Shown: positions 52,447-64,000 of the stretch, one piece after another
Position numbering within the stretch: the stretch's first letter is position 1
Layout: each line of letters opens with the position of its first letter
Source of the DNA: Podarcis gaigeae
Taxonomy: Eukaryota
Length of the DNA stretch: 64,000 bases
Assembly: GCA_964106915.2 (NCBI GenBank)
Contig: OZ066918.1
Strand: one strand, 5' to 3'
Notes under the pieces: model-generated
What the model was told of the DNA's origin: nothing
The model's database searches: none
Seen by the model: only the letters and a program-made list of their open reading frames with translations
Program-made: the position numbers and the translations under genes

Positions 52447-52814
52447 TGTAGCAAAAGTAGTGAAATGCCCTACAGAATCGGAGGTGGGCTCACGGGAGTT
52501 GGGATATGCTGGAATTCCGAAAAGAAAGATGCCCAGGTCTAACAATTTATTAAAGAAGGGTACAAACTTACAGCAAAGGTCCAGCAGCTCCCTCCTTGCC
52601 TCTGCTCACAGCATTCCGTGGGGACAGACTCCACAACAAGAAGATGGCTTTTTCACACCCAAGTAAAGATACACACACTCTTTATAGGCCCAGGCAGGCT
52701 ATGTCACATGGGAACACAGTTGGCTGGTATTAACCATTACCTCCCCCTCTAGTTATGCCTGGGGCCTCTGGATAAAATCAAAGCTTGTGAAACACACATG
52801 AGCTCAGTGTTACA
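52447..52814 (-). mobile_element. Probable solo LTR
   Basis: TGTAGCA...TGTTACA termini; minus-strand TATAAA (52686-52681) then AATAAA (52551-52546) in U3-R order. The TSD is imperfect. Confidence 0.5.
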
Positions 52815-53283
52815 GCTGCTACCGATTAGGTAGGAGTCATCTTGACCATCAATATGTTGCAAGCAGAGCTTCCAGACCAGCTTGCATTTTCAGGTCAACA
52901 CAAGTAGAAGAAAGAACAAAGCTTCTGAATAGTGACAAGGTCATGTTTGCCCATGTCAAAGTTTAAGAATCCTTTCTCTCACATCGTGGGACTTATCCAC
53001 ACTTAACCTTTTTGCCCCACTCTTTCCAGGCACAGGTCTGCACTTTAAAACTCAGTGTCCGAGCACTCTTTCTTTTTTGCCCCAGAGCTTTCCCCGCAAA
53101 ACCCCACAACAAATGGCAGCTCGGGTTTTTCATTTGTTCTGAACTCCTCAAATGCCCATTTCACAGAAGGAAAAACCAGCAATGCTCAGAGCCCCACAAA
53201 ATAGACAAACCGCCTACACCCTCACATCCCAATATAACATAGACAAAAATGTGACAAGGCTTTCCCAGAAACAGACAGCACCC

Positions 53284-53285
<2 letters not shown>

Positions 53286-53313
<28 letters not shown>
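53286..53313. repeat. (AATC)n microsatellite
   Basis: Direct reading. Confidence 0.9.
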
Positions 53314-53314
<1 letters not shown>

Positions 53315-53847
53315 GCCAAACCAGCAAACAAAGACCAGATCTTGTTTTTCTTCAAGGGAGGGAATTTGGTGGTGTGTACCAAAGATGGTGTCAGGGGACT
53401 GTGGTGCCAATGGATGCCACCTTGGGGACTCCAGAAATGAAATAAAGCAGATGGTTCTTGTGTTACTTATGGAAGTTGTCTATTTCCTCAAATAAAATAG
53501 GACATGAACCTGTGGCTCACAAAGCTGAGCTTTAGAAACATTTCTAATCTCCGACAGTTGGAGCATGACAATAGTCACAGCAATGGATGACATAGAAGTG
53601 GGGGGAAAATCATAGCCAGTGTAGCATGTGACTTGCCAGGTCCTAACATTGGTTTTGTCATTAATCAATATTATAAACACAGAACAAGAATGGCGTGAAC
53701 ACAGTGGTGATAAAGAATGAATAGTGAGTTAACAATCAGGAAACCTTAGCCGAGGTTCCGGGGTGTCAGATGCCGCCATGATACAGATGCCTTTTAATAG
53801 ATATAAGAAAACAAGTATACATTCATTAAAGAAAGATCCTGCTAAAG

Positions 53848-53983
53848 CAGGCATAGGCAAACTTGGCCCTCCAGATGTTTTGGGACTACAACTCCCATCA
53901 TTCCTTGAGAACAGGACCAATGGTCAGGAATGATGGGAGCTGTAGTCCCAAAACATCTGGAGGGCCGAGTTTGCCTATGCCTG
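53848..53983. mobile_element. Palindromic hAT-type MITE (family A)
   Basis: TIRs CAGGCATAGGCAAACT / AGTTTGCCTATGCCTG; 8-bp TSD TGCTAAAG / TGTTAAAG. Confidence 0.9.
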
Positions 53984-54060
53984 TGTTAAAGTGTAAGCAT
54001 AATGAGGCAACTAGCATGTATTCAGACTGAGCCTTACTGCTCTGAACCAGTTCTGAAGTA

Positions 54061-54517
54061 CAGTCACCCTCCCTATTAACACGCATCCCACACATGTGTG
54101 ATCACATTTATGGGGGTCGGCGCAAAATAAAGACTAGATTTCCCTTCCCTTGCTCAGGCCTCCTGCCCAAGCGAGGGAAGGTGGCCTTTGATCAAACAGC
54201 AGAGTGGGGTGGGAGGTGCCTTTTCCCCACCTCTGCTGCCCGTCTGCACCCCCATCCTGGCATCAGCTCTGCTGGGTGCCATCCTTGGCCCCCTCCCTCC
54301 CACCGCTGCATGCACTGCCTCCCCTCCGGCAGGCAGGCAGACTTGAGACAGGCTGGGCAGTGGCCCTGAGTGATTTCCAAGATGATTCTTCCCCCACTTC
54401 CTCTCTGCCCCATGTGCCCTCCCTATTACAATGGGGTGCCCCCCACCTTACAAGATCTCATTATGCATGTGGGGGCCTGGAACGTAACCGCCACATAAGT
54501 GGGGGAACGGACGCCTA
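54061..54517. mobile_element. Degenerate Tigger-like non-autonomous element
   Basis: TA-CAGTCACCCTCC left end; right end reads TAGGCGTCCGTTCCCCCACTTATGTGGCGGTTACGTTCC on the minus strand. Confidence 0.4.
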
Positions 54518-56139
54518 TACAGATTTGGGCTTTCCTCTAATCTTGAAGCACAGTTTGGCAAGAGTATCTGGTCTTCAGAAGAATGTTAAGATCCTTTGCT
54601 TAGGTGGGTTCTTAGAATTACCCAGACACAGTGTGAAGTTTCAATAGTAAGTAAACAACCCATAAAGTCAAACTAAAAGGCTGCAAAAGTATGTCCAGCT
54701 ACTCACCACAACATATTAAGAGTCTTCCAAGTCTCTGTGCGATTTTCTTCTCAGGGATTCATATGGAAAGCTCCCATCCTTTCTTCTGGGAAAGGAAGCA
54801 CAGCCCTGTTCTTTCTTTGCCACAGATCACACACGACAGGTCACAAGTGAGTTCATTTTGCGTTCAGCTTCTGAGTTTCATTTCTAACTACACTAATATC
54901 TTAGAGAGGGAAACACTAAACCAAACATCATAGGAAAGCATGATGCCAGAACTCGATAAGCAAGACCCTTGAGGGACACTAGAGAAGAGGAACATAGGCC
55001 TTAGACCAAGTGAGACCTTTTCTCCATTTTCCCCAGCATTGTCTATGACCCTCCAGATATGGCTAGACTACAACCCACATAATCCCTGACTCTTGGCCAT
55101 GCTTCCCACCTCAGTCTACATGGACTGGTAGCAACTCCTCAGGGCCTGACACAGTATCCTATCCCATCCCTGTTTAGAGATGGCAGAGCCCTGCTTTGAA
55201 AAGTCCTGTCTCCCTGAGATATGATCTCTGTGTACTTCTTACGAGCTCTCTGGAGGTGTCTGTCCCCTGCCTGAAAAAGAATGCTAGACTGCATGGATCT
55301 CGATGCGACCCAGCAAGGCAACTTTCACGTTCTTGTGCCATAATAGTTACCGCATCCCACTGCCTATAGTAGACCAAATATAAATAATTTTGAATATTGG
55401 ACAAAATGGGTTTGCACTTATGCATGGGATAAAGAACAGTTGGCCAATGGGGTTGGCCAATGTTGTGCTTACTTAATGGTCCTTTAAATCTGAAAATGTT
55501 TGCTTGAAACAGCAGCTAATTAGAGAAAATAAAATCCACGAATGGTACCTTGCATTACAGCACAGGATGGCAGCGCAGTATTTCACACTGTGCCTGTCAA
55601 AATGCTTCTTCCATAAAGTTACAGTTTAAGGCTCACATGGTTGGCACACTGTCTCACACTGGAAGCAAATTGTTTAAAAAATGAGTTGTTAAGTAATATG
55701 CCCACAACTAAAAGACAATCAGTACCATAGAATGCTACATGAATACCTTCATGCAGCAAAGTATATATGCAGTATATAGGATTCCACCCATGTTGCCTGG
55801 TAAAGAACTTGGAATTCCGCTGGTCAGGTGTTTGGTAGACCAAGGAATGAGTTCAGACTCCACCCCTGATCCTGGTGTTCAGTGGCATTCTAGTTTTGTT
55901 TAAACAGGTTATGGTATGCTGCCCCAGATTCTGCATTGGGTTAGATATGTTTCCTCATTCAGCTAGGGAAGATTACTGAGACAAGGGAGCATATGAAACA
56001 CATAAACTATGCTCATAAGCAGAAAAAAACAAAAGAGTGAAACTAACTTTTTATATAAATATTTGTATTAAAAAAAAGAGAGAGTCAAAAGCGCAAAAAT
56101 GAATGTGGGTCACATCTGATGTTACAAAACATTTTTTAA

Positions 56140-56145
56140 TTTATT
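56140..56145 (-). terminator. Candidate distal polyadenylation signal of ADGRA1
   Basis: AATAAA on the minus strand with downstream U/GU-rich sequence (minus-strand ...TTTTTGCGCTTTTGACTCTCTCTTTTTTTT, ~56070-56100). Confidence 0.5.
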
Positions 56146-57897
56146 TAATATCATGTTCTCCTACTCTGCAATTATATTGTATATTTTCTTTTAAAAAAAG
56201 TAATGCAAACAGATTATTGCATAACATGGTTTCCAAATTAGCCCAGAAGTATTTGCTAACTTTATATTCAGACACAATACGGAAGTTGTATCATCAATAC
56301 TGAATGTTAATCTTCAGGAGAGGTCTGTAACAGAAGATCGTCTGTGGAAAGCAGCACCCATTGAATTATGTAGTTTCTCGTTTTGTTGGACAGAACAACA
56401 CTGGCAATAGAAACACAAGCTGGAGAACCTCAATGATTTTGTTCCTGAAATGTGACTATTTCGCCTGGACCTCGGTGTGTGTGTGTGTGGACTATTTTGC
56501 ATAATTCTAGAGACCTTCTATGACTTAGCTATTACAGAGTATTATAAATATCACTGAGATACAGAGATGTGGCATTTAATATAATATTTACGCTTATATA
56601 GTTGCACTGATGTTGTGGGATGATAGTAACATATACATGGAAAAAGGAAATGATGAAAAAGAAATTATATTATGCACACGTTGCAAAATACTGTATTTTA
56701 GATCTGAGACAATTCAAGCATATACAGCATATACATTATAAAGCTCAAGGTATTTCCCCCCCCTTTTTGCATCATCTAAAAGAAGCAATCATAAAAAGGC
56801 TGAATACTGTTCAAAACTCAACACCCACCTAGTGCATTCTGCTTTGTTTACCTTCGAAAGATACACACAACAGCAGCAGCAACAACGACAACAACAACAA
56901 CACACACACACAATGGATACATTATCTGCTGTAATTTACAATATATATTTTAACTTTATAAAAATACAGAAAGGAAAAAAAAGGAAATTCCTTGCACTCA
57001 GATACTGAGCATTAACCCTTTGAGTACTAATTCCCACCTGCAAACACTGCAGAACACATTCATCTTGACACACATTTTTATATAACATTCCAACAATTAT
57101 AATAATCATCTGTTATGTACACTGTAAGGAAATATATTTTTACATATCATAAATGGGAGGGATTCATAACATGCTGATAAGAACACATAATGAGTTGAAC
57201 TCTGCAAAGATGTTGACAAAATAATCCCCTATAAAGTAATGCACATCCCCAGGGAACTGCCTAAATTAATGTAATGGATACTTGGAACGTGTGTGATATG
57301 TCTATAAATTTTCTTTTGGCGGCCATATAACATTGTGCTTGTTGCATTTGTTTTGTATTTGTGGAAATATGACGCTCTCTCTCTCTTTTTTTGCTGAAGA
57401 CTCCTTCTGCCCTGCCCTCTGTGGCTGTATAGTGCCATTCACTTTAGGTCATCAATTTATAACTAGACTCCATTGAAATTTTTTAAATTAAAAAAAAAAA
57501 CCTGGGTAATTATAATTCTATTTTTTGTTGTCAGTTGGAGCCTTGTGTCCAGAAGTTCATGGATATCTATTTTGTATTTGGGTTTTTTTTTTAAAAAAAC
57601 CAATCCTTTGCCTAAAGCTTCCTGAATAGAGAATGCTACTGACCCTAAAATATCCTGCAGCTGAGCAGAATAACTCAATGAAAAGTCATGCAATTGAAGG
57701 TCAAATTTGCATGGAAGTATACAGACAACCCTGAATTTGCTTTGGCAGAGGACGGAAGGGCATAGGAAGGAAAGGATTTCACCCCAAATGTGGAAATGAT
57801 AAATAAATATCTTTAAAATTATATTTCTTTATAGTGCAATCCTATGCACGCTTACTTGGAAGTAAGGCCCACTGCATTCAGTGAGGCTCACTCCCTA

Positions 57898-58033
57898 NNN
57901 NNNNNNNNNNNNNNNNNNNNNNNNNNNNNNNNNNNNNNNNNNNNNNNNNNNNNNNNNNNNNNNNNNNNNNNNNNNNNNNNNNNNNNNNNNNNNNNNNNNN
58001 NNNNNNNNNNNNNNNNNNNNNNNNNNNNNNNNN
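57898..58033. other. Assembly gap (136 N)
   Basis: Run of N. Confidence 1.
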
Positions 58034-59284
58034 TAGATTCCCCTTTATTTGAGTACTCTGGACTACATTGTTATTAGTATTGCATGTACAAGTCTTTCCT
58101 TGAACACAGCTCCAAGTCAGATGAAGGGAAGGATCCAGTAAAAACTCAGTACTTTGATGTCCCATTGGTTTCAGTGGGGTAGATTTAATAAGCACATCAA
58201 GTGTTTTCCCCTTTTCCATTAAAAGCAATGGTCCTCCAAAATGCTGAACTTGGGCTGGATGGTGCCCTAAGTAATTCGTTAAGTGCATGACTGTAGTCCT
58301 CAAAGAGTTAATGATAAACTGTACTTGGTGGTGCTGTTTATAAAAAAGACAATTATAGAACAGCTTGCAGGTTGGTTCCAGAAGGCATAATTACAAAGAA
58401 GTGAAACTCATGGAGACAGCTGCTATTACACTGCACAGTGCCACATACAATGAATAGTGCATGCTCTGTAGAGACATTAGAGTGGACCCTTATCAAAGCT
58501 ATCATATAACCTTATACAAAGGATTGTGCCACTTAAAACTAGTGCAGTGGTGGGTTTCTCTCCCCTCCCGTTTTTCATAGATTCAAAATGCTCTAGAGTA
58601 ATACCAACATGAATAGCCACGGCCTTTTACAATAAGGTTTTTTGTTCCCCTGCCCCTGCATTTCACACATGATAACACTAGAAAACAGCAAATGGTATTA
58701 TCCCGACCTGTGTGTCATGCAAAAAATAAAAATAAAAAAGAGGAACAAAAAGAAGTAACAACCAACACAGCACCATAGATGTCAACAAGGGACGTTACCT
58801 AGTATTCCTCTCCAGCAGAAGAGAGACGTAACAGCGACTGTACACTACATGATTTTACAGGCCGTATGCTACAGGTGGTCTTCATAGGTCTAAGGAGCTG
58901 TGTTAAACCTGGTTAGAAATCTCTCCTCCTCTTTCACTATCGTAAGAATGACGAAGGAAAGGCTGATACGCATTTCAAAGTGGCTGATGCTAATGCAGAA
59001 TTGTTAAAAATATATAATAAAATTAAAGGAAAGGAAAACATTACTGTGAGTGGTAACAAAGGATATTGCCTTGTTTTCTACTCCCTAGGTTTATTTTCCA
59101 ACACCCCCAGCCCCCACAACTATGCCCCATAATTCTTTTAAAAATAATTTCAAAACCACCGCTACTTTTTAAAAGCCTCTTCTTATTAAGAAAACAATAG
59201 GTTTAGAAACCTGTACAATTTACTGATGCGCTACGCAAACATGTAGAATCTTACTCAGGTTAGAAGGAAAACAAAGGTTAACGG

Positions 59285-59365
59285 TGCAATCCTATGCATG
59301 TCTACTCAGAAGTGAGCCTCATTGAGTCCAATGGCGCTCGTTTCCCAGGTGTGTATAGGATTGCA
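59285..59365. mobile_element. Palindromic TGCAATCC-family MITE in the ADGRA1 3'UTR
   Basis: Perfect 11-bp TIR TGCAATCCTAT / ATAGGATTGCA. Confidence 0.75.
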
Positions 59366-59412
59366 GCCTAAGATGGTCTGAGCTGCAAAAGGAGAAGGAC
59401 TGAGCTGCCCAA

Positions 59413-60634
59413 CTACACAGTAGTTTCATTCTTCCAGGGCCCCGTTTTGATATTTCCTGTACTGTCTGAACTGTAGATCATGGCTTCGTGCAGGTTCCCC
59501 TTTAGAATCCCATTGTGGCTGGTTGTGCTAAATGGTAAAGACTGGGTCCGTGGGTGCATCTCGAAATGAGCTGCATGGTGCGCTGTCTCGCTCTCTGGCA
59601 CCGTGGCACAACTGTAGATCACAGTACTTGCATCGCTGCTTTCCGGCTGACTGATGGTGGGATATGGGTCGCTTTTCGCACAACACGCCCGCCTGTGGCC
59701 CGTCTGGCCGTCATGCGCGCTGTGCGGACTGTCTGTGTGTGAGCTGTGGATGCTGCCGTCGACGCTGGAAGGAATGTGGTAAGCGTACTCTCTTTCCCCC
59801 GCAGACCGATGCCGGCTGAAGTAGCGTGGTTTAGTTCTGCTTTTCAAGCATCTGTGGATGTGCATGTTGGGCCTGAAAGTTCCCTCGCTGTGTACATGAA
59901 TGTGAGCATCGTCTTCCAGCAGCTGATCACAGTGCATTTTCGCGCAGCACGGCGTGACGGGTGAAAGGCAGTTGACGTGGTTTTGAACAGCTTGTAGATT
60001 TGTAAGTTTGCAGTGGCTAGCAGCTGGGTGATTAAAAACAGCAGATTTAGCAGGGCAAGGTGATTCTTGGAGACACGGGACATGGACCTGGCTTTCCCCG
60101 TTGACGTTAACCTTTGGCCGGACATTAACTTGCACTGAATATGTGTTTCTCCGAGATGGGCAACAGGACCACCAGCAATGCCAGACATCATCTCGCTTTG
60201 CACAGTGATGGATAAGGATGAAGAGCCCCAAGGTAACACAAAATGCTCCATACAGGCAGCTGAATATCATATCCAAGAAATGTCCTTGGGAAACAGCGAG
60301 TGCACCAAAGGTCCAAGTGGCGGTAAACAGGAACAAAGTGAAAGCCGCAGCTCGGAGCTGAGCCTTAAATGAGTGCTCGTTTTCCAACAAGGAAGATGAC
60401 ATCATTGAGCATGTCGCCTGGGAGACAGATCCAGAATCGGTGATGTGGCTGTGGCCAACCTCAGGACTTGCCAGCCTCTGCTGATCTTCCGTCCTTTCTT
60501 TCAACTCGTATTTGCGCTCCGGGTGACGCCTCAGTTGCACGTATGTGCAGAGGAAGTAAACGCAAGTCACCAGGACAATGAAGGCAACTGGTCCATAAAA
60601 CGCACCGAGACTTGGCTCCCATGCCATCCAACAA
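59413..60634 (-). CDS. ADGRA1: ADGRA1 (GPR123) terminal coding exon: TM5-TM7 and long C-terminal tail ending in PDZ-binding motif ETTV
   Basis: ORF reads (F)[15 protein letters not shown]...[60 protein letters not shown]...[14 protein letters not shown] acceptor at 60637-60635, TAG at 59415-59413. Confidence 0.96.
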
Positions 60635-60879
60635 CTGTAAAAGGGGATGGGGTGAGGGGAAGAATAGATTTAAAGAAAATGAAATCAAATTAGTAGTTTT
60701 GAACACATTAGTAGTATTGAACGTGTTCTTCTAATTGTTTCATTATTGCAAGCATTTATGCTTGATTCCCTTCCCCACATCTGTTCTGGGGGTTCTCCTG
60801 ACCAACCCCCTAACAAAGCAGATTGGGTGGGTGGAGGAAGCTCCACTGAGACCAAGGAAGTGTACATGGTTTCCCCCTT

Positions 60880-61053
60880 CCTCATTCAATCCCCACAACA
60901 ACCCTGTGAGGTAGGTTAGGCTGAGAAGCAGTGATTCGCCATGAAGTTCAAGGCTGAGTGAAGGATTTGAACCCTGGCAGTGAGGGAACTGCCAGAAGGC
61001 CCTCAGTGTCCATGCTGAACGATGAGGGTGGAGACGCTCCTTCAGGTACACAA
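60880..61053 (-). mobile_element. MIR/Squam3-like SINE fragment plus L2 fragment in the last ADGRA1 intron
   Basis: CACAACAACCCTGTGAGGTAGG...GGATTTGAACCC, followed by a segment matching the L2 copy at ~20150-20235. Confidence 0.6.
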
Positions 61054-61962
61054 GGCCTCTCCTCTAGCGTTACCGAGGATGCTGGTGTAACCCTCTCTGA
61101 TCAGGCTGCACAGCTAGTTGGGCTTACCAAATATATTTGGCTGGACTTGGAAAGAACACACCTTTGAATCTATGCTGTGCTCTTAGGCACACAAAACTAT
61201 CCAGGTATTTTCAAATGCTTATCAACAGTTTCAGCCAATAAAAACAACACAGGAATCCACATGTGCATCCCTTAAAAAAGAAAAAAGAAATCAAGATCTA
61301 TGCAATTTATGCCAAGGAATATTGCAGCAATCCCCAGTGGTAGGATGCTGCTATTTTCAAGAGGAGACACTTCAAAAATCAGTTCCATAAAGAGCACGCT
61401 AATGTCGGGGCATCTACGTTTTCTGTAGTAACGTTATTAAAAATGAATAAGGCACGCAACCCACTGTGCTGTTGCTTAATCTGTAGTGCACACACACACA
61501 CTCTCTCTCCTAAGCAATTTTATCACCCCACCTGCTTCATGGTTTTCTGCTCACATTGTGATATCTGGTATTGATTGCCTGTGATTAAAGTGATTAAACT
61601 AAAGTAGTACAGCCTCTGCAACAGTGCCAAAGGGAAAGTCTCTCGCAAATTTATGAACATAAATAATGAGATCTTTTAATACCCTGTTGATTATAAGTGA
61701 TTGTCTAATCACACATGCTGAAATAAATAAGTTTTAATATGATAGAATTTGCAGAGTAGCAGCCCTCCCCAACGCCCTGGTTAGAGGAGTCTGCTGGAGC
61801 TCTTCACTCATCTAATGTCTTGTTTCTAAAAAAAAGGAATTTACTAAAAGCATTTTCATAAAGTCAGAGTGCGGTTTGCTTTCATTGCCTTACATGTTAA
61901 AAATGTGTATAATGATTATATGCCAGGGCGTTACAAGAGCACTCTACTCCAATGCTTTAGCA

Positions 61963-62037
61963 CAGCCGTGACCAAGCTAGTGCCCTCCAGCTGTTTTGTA
62001 CAAAAACATCTGGAGGGCACCAGGTTGGTGAAGGCTG
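61963..62037. mobile_element. Internally deleted palindromic MITE related to family A
   Basis: GTGCCCTCCAG...CTGGAGGGCAC hairpin with CAGCC / GGCTG ends. Confidence 0.55.
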
Positions 62038-63198
62038 CTTGATCGTGAACTGAAATACATGACCTTCACAGCATTGTTAGCACTGAACAAAATGCTGATG
62101 AGAAGCCAGTGGTCCACTGATCAGGGACATGCACCCTGATGCAACTGAGCCTTGTGCATGTTTGGAGCTCTGAATCATGTATATTTTTAGCAAATGAACT
62201 TTTAATTGGCATTCTCCTTACTCTCCTTCTCTCAAGAAGCCCAGGAGAAGCCATCTGCTGTTTGAAGGGTCGTTGAGCCCGTGTGCAAACCATTCTATAA
62301 AAGAAGAAAATTGATACTTGGGGGCTAAGAAAACAACGAGGGGTGTAAAGTTTAAAAAGCAATTTAGCATACATCAGGCCACACAGCCTGGAGCTTGTGC
62401 TCTTTGTATGCGATTTCCAGATTCAGAAAAGCGCCATTGTGATGCACTGTCTAGAGTGTTGAGTTGAGCTGAAGGAAATCCAGTTTCAGATCATTCCTTG
62501 GCTGTGAATCTCGCAGCCTCCCTTGGTTGTTGATAAAGCTACAAGGCCACTCTCAGATACTTGAAGAGCAGCAGACAAAAGTAACATGTCAATATTTCCC
62601 CACTCTTTTAAAGAAAAAACCTCAATCAAAGCAGGTGGCAAACCAGCCTTTAATCCAGTCAGCTCAGGCGGCACTTAATTAATATTAAGCTATCTATCAC
62701 AGTTCATTAGAAATACAAATATATTGTGTATAAGCGGGGACTCCTCTAAAAAGGAGGAGAGGGCAGTTTCAGGCCCATAGCTATACTAGTGGGAGACTGT
62801 TCTGGACAAGGTAAAATGTTCATTTATGTTCTACAGTATTACATAAATCTCCAAGGAGTGCAAGGTGGCAAACATGGGAGATTTGTGACTAGTAAGGATT
62901 TGAATGCAGCTCTTCCAAGCCCTAGGCTGACTTTTAAACCACTACACTTGCTCTCTTCCCTTCCCTTCCTCCTGAAACATCCTTGAACAACAGTGACATG
63001 TGTGCGCGCGCACGTTTGTGTGTGTGTTTGTTTTGACCTTATATCCCAAACCTCCCTCCCTCTAACCTTAACCTTCTCCTCCAGAATATTCTCTATAAAC
63101 TGTACAGGGCTGGAGCAGGCCACTTCCACCCACTCCATTGTCTTTCTCTCCCCCCCCCCCATATTGTCTTTGTTTCCCTCTCAGGTGAAGGTCTAATG

Positions 63199-63334
63199 CA
63201 GGCAAAGGCAAACTCGGCCCTCCAGATGTTTTGGGACTACAACCCCCATCATCCCTAGCTAACAGGACCAGTGGTCAGGGATGATGGGGATTGTAGTCTC
63301 AAAACATCTGGAGGGCCGAGTTTGCCTATGCCTG
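63199..63334. mobile_element. Palindromic hAT-type MITE (family A)
   Basis: Long arms AGGCAAACTCGGCCCTCCAGATGTTTTG / CAAAACATCTGGAGGGCCGAGTTTGCCT. Confidence 0.88.
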
Positions 63335-63901
63335 GCCTAACTACACAATACATTAACTGCAGGCCTTGCAGCCGCATCAGAGAACTGGAGATGTTTACTT
63401 GTAGGTGCCAATGAGTGCATTTCTCTTACTGCCAAGGGCAGTGTGAGAGGTGGCAATTTACCCCAGGAATGTCACTGGGGAAAGATTAAAACCTACCTCC
63501 TTGCAACTATATACCCTCCCATTGCCTGCCCCTGAGGTTAGCATTTTAAAAAAATGTAATGTGTAGTTAGGGCCTGACCCCTAAAGATCTAGTGGCTCAG
63601 ATGTTCTCTCTATAGTTTCTTGAGAAGTCCCCCTCCCCCGCCCCATGTATAGAGGCTCCATAGCAATCACTATTCTGGGACTCCACATGTACTTGTCAGG
63701 CTGTTTCCCCTCAGCCAGCCACCCCAGATTTTCTTTTACATCACAATTGAATATACTTCTGCATATCTAGGCAGTCCCCTAAGTATATTTTTGGGTGGCC
63801 CCATTTCACTTTCAAACATATAACCACTCAACCATCTAAGTTCTCTATTAGCAGGAATGATGATGGGATATGACAGCCTGAAAGCATACTGAAATACTTA
63901 C

Positions 63902-64000
63902 AATTGCGCTTCTGCGTAGTTTTTTATCCCATAATTATTTATGTTGATTGCCGCTGTAATTCCACATATAATAAAAGGAACTCCTCCACTAATCAGATAA
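63902..64000 (-). CDS. ADGRA1: ADGRA1 penultimate exon (truncated by window edge), TM4/ECL2: [32 protein letters not shown]
   Basis: Read manually. GTAAGT donor at 63901. The phase-2 end (TT) joins the first T of the last exon to give F-C-W-M-A-W in frame. Confidence 0.92.

Larger units (their letters stand above)
56120..59412 (-). other. ADGRA1: Probable long ADGRA1 3'UTR
   Basis: AT-rich, largely repeat-poor stretch after the stop codon. Minus-strand AATAAA at 59095-59090, 58049-58044 and 56145-56140; the last is followed by a U-rich tract. The 3' end is inferred. Confidence 0.55.

Noticed and set aside
60625-60627. ATG given as the start of the 404-aa ORF
   Set aside because: It is an internal Met; the exon begins at the acceptor at 60634 and splices to the upstream exon.
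1-64000. CRISPR arrays, operons or prokaryotic defence systems
   Set aside because: The sequence is vertebrate with introns; repeated palindromes are dispersed MITEs, not regularly spaced repeat-spacer arrays.

Overview
This is eukaryotic (squamate, most likely lacertid lizard) genomic DNA, not prokaryotic. The repeats support this: Sauria/Squam1 SINEs, a Squam3-type SINE, BovB, CR1, L2 and hAT/TcMar MITEs. Two spliced neuronal genes lie on the minus strand in the same tandem order I recall for human 10q26.3. ADGRA1 (GPR123) contributes its penultimate exon (63902->64000), its terminal coding exon (59413-60634, ending in the PDZ-binding motif ETTV) and a probable ~3.3 kb 3'UTR. About 40 kb of repeat-rich intergenic DNA follows, then the CpG-island promoter and first three coding exons of KNDC1/v-KIND (15452-15538, 12797-12995, 8473-8531). 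All splice junctions are GT-AG and phase-compatible. Nearly all other ORFs in the track are spurious or transposon-derived. I found no convincing new biological system. The best leads are: (i) two SINEs with different tRNA heads (Ile, Lys) on the same CR1 tail, one with a GAT anticodon that could be a fossil of inosine editing; (ii) a palindromic MITE 47 nt after the ADGRA1 stop codon; (iii) a uORF and an array of MITE termini at the KNDC1 promoter. Repeat-family names and comparisons to human proteins come from recall, not from database searches.
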